Shown here piece after piece: positions 1 to 7,939 of a stretch of DNA of 40,587 nucleotides. The notes under the pieces were generated by a model. That model was not told the origin of the DNA and made no database searches. It saw only the letters and a program-made list of their open reading frames with translations. Source of the stretch: an uncultured Oscillospiraceae bacterium (GTDB lineage: Bacteria; Bacillota; Clostridia; Oscillospirales; Oscillospiraceae); NCBI GenBank assembly GCA_947632695.1, contig CANRQC010000001.1, positions 1-40,587 on the forward strand, in the 5' to 3' direction. The translations under genes and the position numbers were made by a program. Within the stretch, counting starts at the first letter, position 1; every line of letters begins with the position of its first letter.

Positions 1-59
1 AATCAAAAGACCTACATACACGACAAATAATAATCTCTAAACAAAATTGATTAGTAGTT

Positions 60-74
60 GTCGAGTGGGAGTGA
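60..74 (+). other. att-like core: isolated copy of the guaA 3' end (GTC GAG TGG GAG TGA = VEWE*)
   Basis: Contains GAGTGGGA, the core used by guaA-integrating islands. An in-frame TGA at 48-50 shows it is not the guaA gene itself. Confidence 0.6.
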
Positions 75-90
75 CCCCCCAAGGCTTAGA

Positions 91-140
91 AGTGCCCGAA
101 AACCCACATGAATACTGGGTTTTCGGGCACTCTGCTTTTT
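91..140 (+). terminator. 16-bp perfect hairpin with T-tract (terminator or element-end palindrome)
   Basis: agtgcccgaaaaccca (91-106) / tgggttttcgggcact (116-131), then ctgcttttt. Confidence 0.65.
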
Positions 141-222
141 AGAAAATCTTTTTTGCAATAGGTTGGAAGAAAAAGCGCTTTCGGGCAGGCGGAATTTCCG
201 GGTGGTTGTTATGCGCAATCCA

Positions 223-516
223 TTAACAGTCTACCCACTCGATGTCTTTTTCGACTTCCCAGAATGTCTTTCCGCCGAAGATGGGCGCTTTTTGAAATGC
301 CTCTTGACCTTTGCTTATGGAGTTCCCGTTATATTCCCAGACATAATAATCATCGTCATCCTCTACCGCGGGCTCTACCTGAAAAACTTCCATGTGAACA
401 GAATTTTCATCCGGCATATAACCTTGAAACCAATACTTCACACCGTGGAAGATAAAAACAGTATCCTGGCAAGTGTATATTCTATCAATAAACTCGCTCG
501 CATTGCCGTTAATCAT
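223..516 (-). CDS. small acidic protein, putative immunity protein
   Basis: 97 aa, RBS AAAGGAG, start overlaps the upstream stop (ATGATTAA). Acidic/aromatic, ending IFGGKTFWEVEKDIEWVDC, which resembles small proteins found downstream of polymorphic toxins. Confidence 0.7.
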   Translation of the reverse strand: MINGNASEFIDRIYTCQDTVFIFHGVKYWFQGYMPDENSVHMEVFQVEPAVEDDDDYYVWEYNGNSISKGQEAFQKAPIFGGKTFWEVEKDIEWVDC

Positions 517-815
517 AGTTTGTTACTCCTTTAAAATACTTTCTGTATCTTTTCTTCATTTCGTCAATAAGATAATCGGCGCGTGTTCTACTGTAAGCAC
601 CGGTCTTATTTTTGCTGAAACGTTCGTCATATAAGTGATAGTGCAAAACCGGAGTCTGCCCATCTCCAGTAAGAGTTTTTTCAGGATGATATGCTATTTC
701 CATAATCAATGTATGGTTTTCGTCATAGATACGCATTTCATGGAATGTGCCATCTGGCTTTAGTTTGATGTAGGCATTACTTGAATGTGAAGATTCCGGT
801 AAACTGCGCTCTCCC
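509..815 (-). pseudogene. 5'-truncated putative polymorphic-toxin nuclease domain
   Basis: Motif run RIYD..EIAYH..PVLHYH, basic C-terminus, coupled to the acidic ORF. The listed ATG at 850 lies inside an antisense relic of another gene. Confidence 0.5.
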
Positions 816-920
816 GTGATCCGGCAGGTGGAAGATCGGATCCGCCCCATCCTGTGGGACGGCGAGCAGTGGTCTGCAGATTACCGGAGACTTCGTGCTG
901 TGGCCAGCTCGGCCAGCTAA
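816..920 (+). pseudogene. C-terminal relic of a class I SAM-dependent methyltransferase (Tam-like)
   Basis: Translates VIRQVEDRIRPILWDGEQWSADYRRLRAVASSAS*. W-x-ADY-x-RLR is the typical C-terminal motif; a terminator follows at 950-988. Confidence 0.6.
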
Positions 921-949
921 CAAAATCTGCCCATCAGAACCAATAAATC

Positions 950-988
950 AACGCCCGGACAGCTGTGTGAATCGGCTGCCGGGCGTTT
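950..988 (+). terminator. intrinsic terminator-like hairpin
   Basis: aacgcccgg(a)cagctg ... cggctgccgggcgttt. Confidence 0.5.
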
Positions 989-1111
989 CCTTGCTATTTC
1001 AGGTTGGGGGAGACATCAGACCAGCATCCAGACCTGCGGCTGCAGATCTGTCATTCACGGCTTTTCCGTTGGACGGCAGAGTGCTCGCGGCGGATTGCCG
1101 GAAACTGTGAA

Positions 1112-2218
1112 TCAGGAGATGTGGTCGATCCAGAAGTGCAGGGCCTCATCCAGCCAGCCTTCCGCTTCCGTTCCGATGGCCTGGCCCAGGCCGTGCATTC
1201 CGCCGCTGAAATACCGGATCATGTGTTCCACGCCCTGCTCGTTCAGGGCTTCCTCCAGGATTTCCACGTTGGGGAGCAGACTGTCCTCCCGAAAGATCCA
1301 GCTGTATGTTGGCGGATAATCCGGGCCGATGTGACGGTAGAAGTCCAACTGGTCCAAAGTGGCCTCGTCCGCATCTTCCGGAATGATGATCATGCCCGTT
1401 TCGTCGGCTCGGTCTGAGACTTTCGTCACAGGATAGGTGAGAATCGCGGCAGCAGGACGCGGTTTTCCATAGTGCTCGTATCCGATTTCCTTGGTGCACC
1501 AGCATCCTGCCAGATGTCCGCCGGCAGAGGAGCCGATCACGGCGTAATTTTCCATGGACACATGGAGCACATCTTTCATGTCCTCAATGATGTCCAGGGC
1601 CAGGTTCACATCCTCCAGAGGCGCCGGATGGGACACGTTTGTAGAGTACTGCAGGACAAAGGCGTTGTATCCAAGTTCTTTGGCCCGGGCGGCATAGGCA
1701 TATCCCTCATTGCCCTGAGGCTGGCAGGCGGCATATCCGCCGCCGGGCAGGACAAGAAGGAAAGGCTTGTCTTCTCCCACCAGCACCGGCAGCAGGGAGA
1801 CCCGGGACCCGTTTTCATTCTCCCGGATTTCATAGATGATATAGTCTTCCGTCTCGGATACATTGGGGCAGGTCCAGATCGGGAATGAGGTGCTGACCCC
1901 TCCCAAGGATACCTGCACTTCCTTTTCTCCAAAGGGAAAGAAAGGCGGCTTCTGGAAGGTGCACTCTTCCGGTGAAACCTGCCGTGTGGTCCCGTCCGAG
2001 AGCGTGGCGGTGATCACGAGTCCTGCGGGATTGATCTCCTGCCCGGACAGATACCAATATTGCCCGCCGCTGGCGTCCACCGACAGCGCAATTTCCGCAG
2101 GCGCATCCGCCTGGGAGGGAGACGGCTCCCCGCCGCTCCCGCTGGAGCAGCCGAAGAGCATCACCGCGAGAAGCAGAAGAAGTGTGAGACAGACAGTGGT
2201 GCGTTTCATTTTTACCAT
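1112..2218 (-). CDS. lipoprotein: Ig-like domain + alpha/beta-hydrolase (acetyl/feruloyl esterase-like)
   Basis: Lipobox LFGC; Ig-like segment (YLSGQEINPAGLVITATLSDGTTRQV); PGGGY oxyanion loop, GSSAGG nucleophile, GMHG His; RBS GGAGG. Confidence 0.85.
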   Translation of the reverse strand: MVKMKRTTVCLTLLLLLAVMLFGCSSGSGGEPSPSQADAPAEIALSVDASGGQYWYLSGQEINPAGLVITATLSDGTTRQVSPEECTFQKPPFFPFGEKEVQVSLGGVSTSFPIWTCPNVSETEDYIIYEIRENENGSRVSLLPVLVGEDKPFLLVLPGGGYAACQPQGNEGYAYAARAKELGYNAFVLQYSTNVSHPAPLEDVNLALDIIEDMKDVLHVSMENYAVIGSSAGGHLAGCWCTKEIGYEHYGKPRPAAAILTYPVTKVSDRADETGMIIIPEDADEATLDQLDFYRHIGPDYPPTYSWIFREDSLLPNVEILEEALNEQGVEHMIRYFSGGMHGLGQAIGTEAEGWLDEALHFWIDHIS

Positions 2219-3002
2219 TTGGGAACCTCCTGATCATGGTGTAAGGATTCAGCGGGGGCCTGCCTAGAGCAAACGCAAAGTCTCAGGGGCAAATGCTCGC
2301 TGGCGCGGTTGCCCGCGATTGTTTGTGCAACCTCGCCCAATCGCATAGGCACAGGAGCGGTTTTCAGGAAGCACTGCCGTTCAACTGCAGTTTCGCATCT
2401 CAGAGGCTTTGCGTTTGCCCTGCGGTCTCCCTGCAAAGCGGTGATCCCTACATCTCACAGCAAAATCAATCAACAAAAGAGGTCAACCCGGAGATGCGGT
2501 GGCCGGGATTCGAAGGGACGCATAGATCCCGGCCGCCTCGCGGAATCTCTGAAACACTGCGTACCAAAAAGAACATCTGCGTTCATCCGCAACCATACCG
2601 CCGGACCGGATATTGTGCAAGGGAAGCAGCGCAGCCTGATGCATGCACAGCATAATCTTTGACGATGTCCGGGCATCTCCTGCCTGGCGGATGTAGTCTA
2701 AGATGGGCCTGCACATGAAAGAATGCGTCCGCTTTGCTTCAGGCTTTAGACTTCAGATATCGCGCTACAGGGCTGCCTGTCCCCTGCCGGGAAGAACCGG
2801 AATCTGCTGTCGAAAGCCCCGGTTCGATGGAATCCCCGAATGGACAATTATCATACAAATTTAGGGAATGGTTTAGGGGATAGATCTGAAATGCAGCGAA
2901 TTGCGGTCCAAAATATTTTCAGCAAATTAGTGCCTTAAGGAAGTTTTGGTTTACCCTTATGGCGTAAGCCAGTAAATCGGTTGATAAGCCCCATGGGGAG
3001 TC

Positions 3003-4297
3003 TCAGAGCGGGAGAAGCCCATCGGTAGCCACCTGGGCATTGGTGCTCGCATATGACTTGGGTGAGACCGTGAGCAGGCGTACTGTCAGGTCCCCCAGCT
3101 CCTCTGGTGACATCCTGTAGATGCAGCTGAACAGGGCGTTGTAGCGGTTCAGGTACTTTGTGGCAACACCGCGATAACGGCGTATAGCCTCCTTGATCAT
3201 TGAGTGGAAGTTATTGACGCAGTTCAGGTTATACAGGGCGCGCTCATCATCGGCGACCTTGTTCACATCGCGCATGGAGCACCCTGCATCTGCGCAAAGA
3301 GACCTATAGCTCTGCAGGCCGTCACAGAGCACAAGCGTGTCCGAAGAAAGCTGCTCAGCAAGAGCCTTCTTGAGTTCCTCAGTCGAAGGCTTCGCTCTGT
3401 TCACTGTAGTGGCATAGGCCTTGCCATTCCGCTCAACTGATGCGCAGATGCAAACATACTCCTCCGAGATTCCAGGCTTCTGCGCCGTGCCGCCATGGTT
3501 ACGGGGTTTACGCCAAAACGCCGCCGGCAGCTTCTTCCCTTTGTAGCTTTCAAGGACAAAGGTTTCATCCAATTCTTTACCCTGCTTGTAACATCCTGGC
3601 CACTGACCTTGTTGTCAGTCTCTCCCTCAGTGTCCTCATCGTTCTTCCTGAGCATGATAATGCTTCCGCCCTCTGTTTCCTCTACGTCGCAATCAGAAGG
3701 TTCCTCGGAAGCACAGGAGGAGGCTTGCTCACCAGAGTTATCACCTTTTTCCTCAGGCGGCTCTTGGGGTGCGACAGCAACCGGTGCGGCCTGCTCCGGC
3801 TCAGGGGCATTCTCCGCAGGCTCAGGCGCAGCAGAAGGCCCTGCGGGGCACTCGTCGGTTCCAGAATTGGCCGCTTTCTGGTCCATCTCAAGCGCACACA
3901 GTATCTTGTGACGCATATGGAATACGAGGTCTCGGCTTACCCCCAGGTCCTCGGCAGTGTACTTTATCGCTTCGCATCTCATGGTGTCAGAGATGACGCG
4001 CTTCCATGTGCCGGCAGTCTGATGAGACCAGTAACGCACTGTACCAGTAGTACTGACAAACGAGCGTCCGCACGTACGGCAGAGGTACGCCTGCTTTCCG
4101 CACTTGTGGCCGTTTCGGACGATTTTGGCACTGTTGCAATAGGGGCACGCTGCCACTGGCTGCTCCCGTTCACTCATCATCTTCTCCATCGCACCGATTA
4201 TTGCATCGAGCTCTTTGGGATTCAGCTGCAGGATCATCGAGAGTGCCTTGGATACCTGCTGGGTATACTCAGGGGTCTCTGTAAGAGTCGCCTTCAT
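3003..4297 (-). CDS. IS1595 transposase split by a -1 frameshift near 3575-3578 (programmed or pseudogene)
   Basis: Frame 1: CPYC..CRTC zinc ribbon, HTH, MRHKIL. Frame 2: ELDETF, LCDG, VNNFHS, YRGVATKYLNRY. ATG 4297 has RBS AGGAGGT. Confidence 0.85.
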
Positions 4298-4319
4298 CAC
4301 TGCCCACCTCCTGGTGAGC

Positions 4320-4348
4320 ATTATACACCCTATCTGCTAGGTAGGCAA
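4320..4348 (-). promoter_or_regulatory. sigma70/sigA promoter of the transposase
   Basis: TTGCCT-17 bp-TATAAT just inside the TIR. Confidence 0.6.
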
Positions 4349-4416
4349 GAGGCTTATCAACCGATTTACTGGCTTACGCCTCCAGCATAAGCGTACCTCC
4401 CTACAAGCATGGAATC

Positions 4417-4483
4417 AGTATAGCACGCCTGACTTTATTTGTCAATATTTAACGTGCATCTTTTCCAAAAAGATGCACGTTAA
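4417..4483 (-). promoter_or_regulatory. consensus sigA promoter with upstream 16-bp palindrome (operator-like)
   Basis: TTGACA (4440-4445)-17 bp-TGcTATACT (4417-4422); perfect inverted repeat ttaacgtgcatctttt-cca-aaaagatgcacgttaa at 4449-4483. Confidence 0.7.
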
Positions 4484-4861
4484 GATTACCGGCCGCATTT
4501 TATCACCCTATCACATAAAAGAACGCCCGCCCGGAATGCGCACACCATGATACCGCTTACAAACCAAACGAAATCATTCTTTTGCGAAAAACTCGTCACT
4601 TTTTGCATCAGAAAATCAAGGCCTCCGGGGCGCTTTTTTGGTGCCGTGATACTAAATTGATACTACTGCGTCAAGAAGCTCTTAAAATGATTGTACTTTA
4701 TCCGCAAGATCGTCCCATCATCTTGAAAAAGTTAAAATTATGTGCTATATATTAATTAGTCTATTATTCCCGAGGAAATGAGGCGCCCGCGGGGAATTTG
4801 ATCTGAGCCGCTACTACGAAACGCGCGACGAAATTGTCGGAAGGTGGTGAAAGAAAAGGAT

Positions 4862-5677
4862 ATGGCCTCTATCGATGAAGGTGAAAAGCGGAAGAATGCC
4901 CTTAAAATGGGGGAAATTATTTCCGTAGTCTGCGTGCTTCTTGTGTTCGTTTCCATAATGGCGGTTTTTGTGGCGGAGCAATACCACATCCATTCAGTTT
5001 ATTCCGAGGCTGAAAAGCTGATCTCCGAAGAACGGTTTCTTGAGGCTGAAGAAACTCTGAAAAGAATAGCGGATTCGGATTACAAAGACACCGCGGCTTT
5101 ACTGCTTCTGTGCGACGCGCACAGAGATTACGCCGCTGGGAATCTTGTGGGCGCATACTACGCCATGAAAGACGCCCATTTTGAGCATCAGTCCTCTGAA
5201 GCCCTAATCAGCATCCAATCCTTCAAGCAGATATTAAGAAGGGAGTACGTCCAATACAGCGAGGAGCTTTCCGCCAGACGCGCGCGAGAATACGAGGAGC
5301 GGATTAGAAATGGCGTTCCTTATGTTGGAATGTCCGAATCCAGGATCGGCGATACCTCCCTTGGAAAGCCTTCGGATAAGGTAAGGCATAACGATCAAGT
5401 AAAAAACGGAGAACAGCTTCTTGCCAATCTATACGATTTCTACGATGGGAAAAATCGGATTTTCACCGCCAGATGTATTAACGGCGTTGTTACGGAAATA
5501 TGGGACTATCGGGACGACCCCGTGAAACCATATGCGCCCGGTAACGGTCACACCCTCTCAACAGGCCCAAGCGTCGATGGCTTTTTAAATCCCGAAGACT
5601 TCTATGATTGGTACAGGGACGATTTCGTTGATTATTCCGACGCGGAAGAATACTACTATGCCCATGGCGGAACGTAA
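4862..5677 (+). CDS. membrane-anchored hypothetical protein
   Basis: One N-terminal TM helix, TPR-like helix ending DYKDT, acidic/aromatic C-terminus, terminator directly after. Start uncertain (GTG 4844 possible). Confidence 0.75.
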   Translation: MASIDEGEKRKNALKMGEIISVVCVLLVFVSIMAVFVAEQYHIHSVYSEAEKLISEERFLEAEETLKRIADSDYKDTAALLLLCDAHRDYAAGNLVGAYYAMKDAHFEHQSSEALISIQSFKQILRREYVQYSEELSARRAREYEERIRNGVPYVGMSESRIGDTSLGKPSDKVRHNDQVKNGEQLLANLYDFYDGKNRIFTARCINGVVTEIWDYRDDPVKPYAPGNGHTLSTGPSVDGFLNPEDFYDWYRDDFVDYSDAEEYYYAHGGT

Positions 5678-5721
5678 GAAAAGAGCTAACAGGCTTTTGT
5701 GATTGCCTGTTAGCTCTTTTT
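5677..5721. terminator. bidirectional intrinsic terminator
   Basis: aaaagagctaacaggc ... gcctgttagctcttttt between convergent genes. Confidence 0.8.
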
Positions 5722-5819
5722 ATATTCGTGGTCTGGGCTTGTCCCGATATTGCCAATTGGCGTCGCTAAACGCCCGCAGTGGAACGGCGCCCCTGGGATA
5801 TTCCGGCGGCCCTTCCGTT

Positions 5820-6929
5820 TTACTCCTCGAACGGGAACCGGTAGGGCAGGCCGCACTCGTCCCGCAGCTGCGCCAGCTCCTTTTGGATGGCCTCCCCCAC
5901 GGGGACGCCCAGATCCTTCCGCTCCTGCCAGGCCAGGTATTCCTTTTCTCCGGCGGTATAGATCCGCTCCGCACCGGGCGCCTTTTGGGAGGACCGCAGG
6001 TCCCGGCAGATGCCCCCGGCGGTGTGCCGGAAGGCGTCCAGGCCCATGAAAAACGCCGGATTGATGACAAAGAAGAAGTGGCCCAGGCGGTACATGGCAG
6101 GGTTCCCCGCCTCATCCTTGCCGCTCAGGGCCTTCATGTAGGGTCCCCCGGTCAGGGCGGCGGAGAGGATCTCCACAATGGCGGCGAAGCCGTAGCCCTT
6201 GTAGCCGCCGGTCTCCTCCCCCATGCCGCCCAGGGGCAGAAGGGCGCACTCCCCCGCCCGCATTTTGCGCAGAATCTCTCCCGAGTCCGTCATGGTGCCG
6301 CCCTCCCGGGTCACCACCAGGCCGGCGGGGGTGGGCTGGCCCTCCCGTTCGTAGTATTCGATTTTCCCGTTCTGGATGGTGGAGGTGGCGCAGTCAAAAT
6401 TAAACGGGAATGCCTCGTCCGTGGGCATGGTGAAGGTCAGGGGATTGGTGCCCATCATGGGCTCCACCCCGAAGGTGGGGGCCACGGAGGGCCGGGCGTT
6501 GGTGCCCGAGATCCCGATCATCCCCGCCTTCTCCGCCATGCCGGTCCAGTAGCCCGCAATGCCATAGTGGGTGGAGTTGAAAATGGCGCCCCCCGCCATG
6601 CCGTACACCCGGGCCTTCTCAATGAGCAGCTCCATCATTTTGTGGCTGGCCACCATACCCATGCCGTTGTTGGCGTCCATGACCACCGTGGTGGGGGTCT
6701 CCTTCAAAATGTCGATTTTGGTCACTGGCAGCAATGTGCCGTTCTTGATCCGATCCAGGTAGATGGGCTTGAACCGGTTGCAGCCGTGGCTTTCAATGCC
6801 CCGGCGGTCGGACTCCAGCAGCACGTCCGCGCAAATGGCGGCGTCCGCCGCGGGCACGCCGTAGGCTTGGAACACATCTACCATAAAGTCGTTCATCAGC
6901 TTCCAGGGGACATAGGGCCGGTTATCCAT
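5820..6929 (-). CDS. Ldh_2 family (malate/L-lactate/ureidoglycolate-type) oxidoreductase
   Basis: GIESHG, STHYGIAG, MGTNPL, GYKGYG, YTAGEKE motifs; RBS GGAGGAG. Confidence 0.9.
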   Translation of the reverse strand: MDNRPYVPWKLMNDFMVDVFQAYGVPAADAAICADVLLESDRRGIESHGCNRFKPIYLDRIKNGTLLPVTKIDILKETPTTVVMDANNGMGMVASHKMMELLIEKARVYGMAGGAIFNSTHYGIAGYWTGMAEKAGMIGISGTNARPSVAPTFGVEPMMGTNPLTFTMPTDEAFPFNFDCATSTIQNGKIEYYEREGQPTPAGLVVTREGGTMTDSGEILRKMRAGECALLPLGGMGEETGGYKGYGFAAIVEILSAALTGGPYMKALSGKDEAGNPAMYRLGHFFFVINPAFFMGLDAFRHTAGGICRDLRSSQKAPGAERIYTAGEKEYLAWQERKDLGVPVGEAIQKELAQLRDECGLPYRFPFEE

Positions 6930-7213
6930 AGCGATCTCCTCCAGTATGTTCTATCCATAAGATACCACATCCTTCGCTCTGGGGCAACCCCCTTTCCCCG
7001 AAAAAAACCGTCCATGGGCGCAAAATACCGGGGCGTGGGAAGCGTCCCGGCAACTTTTGGGGCATTCTTCGGCAAGACCGCTCCCAGTCAGGAGCGCCAA
7101 GAGCCGGGAACGCCGTAATTTTAGGCCGAAAAAATGCAAGATTGCGCCGGATTTCTTTTTTTTACTTGAAGCGTTTTGGGAGAAATGTTAAAATTAAAAA
7201 GGGGGGTTGCGCG

Positions 7214-7930
7214 ATGAAGGTGGTTATCATTGAGGACGATCCGCAGGCGGCGGCGCAGCTGAAAAAACACCTGACCCGCCTGGGCGAGGAGACACAGACG
7301 GCGTTTGAGACCGCCCATTACCGGGACGCCGAGGTCTATCTGAAAAATCATGCCCGGGAACATCCCGAGATCATTTTCCTGGACATCGAGCTGCCCACCA
7401 TCGACGGGATGGAGGCCGCCCGGCAGCTGCGGAAGCAGGACAGCGCCGTGGTGCTGGTCTTCGTCACAAAAATGGTCCAGTTCGCCCAGGAGGGGTACGC
7501 GGTCAACGCCCTGGATTTTCTGGTCAAGCCCGTTTCCTACGCCGAGTTTAAAATGAAGGTCCAGCGGGCGGTCAATGTGGCCCGAGCCAATCAGGTCCGG
7601 ATGCTCCAGGTCCCCTTCGACGGGGGCTTTTACCGCATTTCCTGTGACAAGATCGTGTTTGTGGAGGTCACCGGCCACCGGCTCCAATTCCAGCTGGTGG
7701 ATGGGGTGATGGAGGCCCGGGGAAGCCTGTCCAGCGTGGAGGAAAAGCTGGAGGGCTGGGGCTTCCTGCGCTGCAACAGCTGCTATATCGTCAATGCCCG
7801 CTATATTGAATCGGTAAAGGGCTATGATCTCTTTATCGGCGGCCATCAGCTCCGGATCAGCCATCCCCGCCGGAAGGAATTTATGCGCCGCCTGATGGAA
7901 ATTTACGCGGACGGCGCGGAAACAAAGTAG
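7214..7930 (+). CDS. LytTR-family response regulator
   Basis: REC domain (IIEDD, FLDIEL, FVT, LVKP) + LytTR domain (FLRCNSCYIVN). Confidence 0.92.
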   Translation: MKVVIIEDDPQAAAQLKKHLTRLGEETQTAFETAHYRDAEVYLKNHAREHPEIIFLDIELPTIDGMEAARQLRKQDSAVVLVFVTKMVQFAQEGYAVNALDFLVKPVSYAEFKMKVQRAVNVARANQVRMLQVPFDGGFYRISCDKIVFVEVTGHRLQFQLVDGVMEARGSLSSVEEKLEGWGFLRCNSCYIVNARYIESVKGYDLFIGGHQLRISHPRRKEFMRRLMEIYADGAETK

Positions 7931-7939
7931 AGGACCGAT

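Larger units (their letters stand above)
2961..4380 (-). mobile_element. IS1595-family insertion sequence (ISPna2-like), 1420 bp
   Basis: Perfect 30-bp terminal inverted repeats GGCGTAAGCCAGTAAATCGGTTGATAAGCC at 2961-2990 and 4351-4380 enclose the transposase; no target-site duplication. Confidence 0.92.

Noticed and set aside
816-850. ATG 850 as the real start of the toxin-like ORF
   Set aside because: Weak RBS, and the segment reads as methyltransferase coding sequence on the opposite strand.
2398-2425. c-di-GMP-I riboswitch (- strand GGGCAAAC-GCAAAGCC)
   Set aside because: The GNRA-capped P2 stem that should separate the two motifs is absent, and the segment is better explained as one arm of an inverted repeat.
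2495-2514. tRNA 3' fragment / att site (- strand TTCGAATCCCGGCCACCGCA)
   Set aside because: The 5' side of the T stem (CCC) cannot pair and there is no CCA; it is part of a local hairpin.
2293-2716. Short ORFs upstream of the esterase
   Set aside because: Overlapping frames on both strands, no RBS or recognisable motifs.
7045-7080. LytTR direct-repeat operator (cggcaa x2, 22-bp period)
   Set aside because: Only 6 bp identity in GC-rich DNA; insufficient without conservation data.
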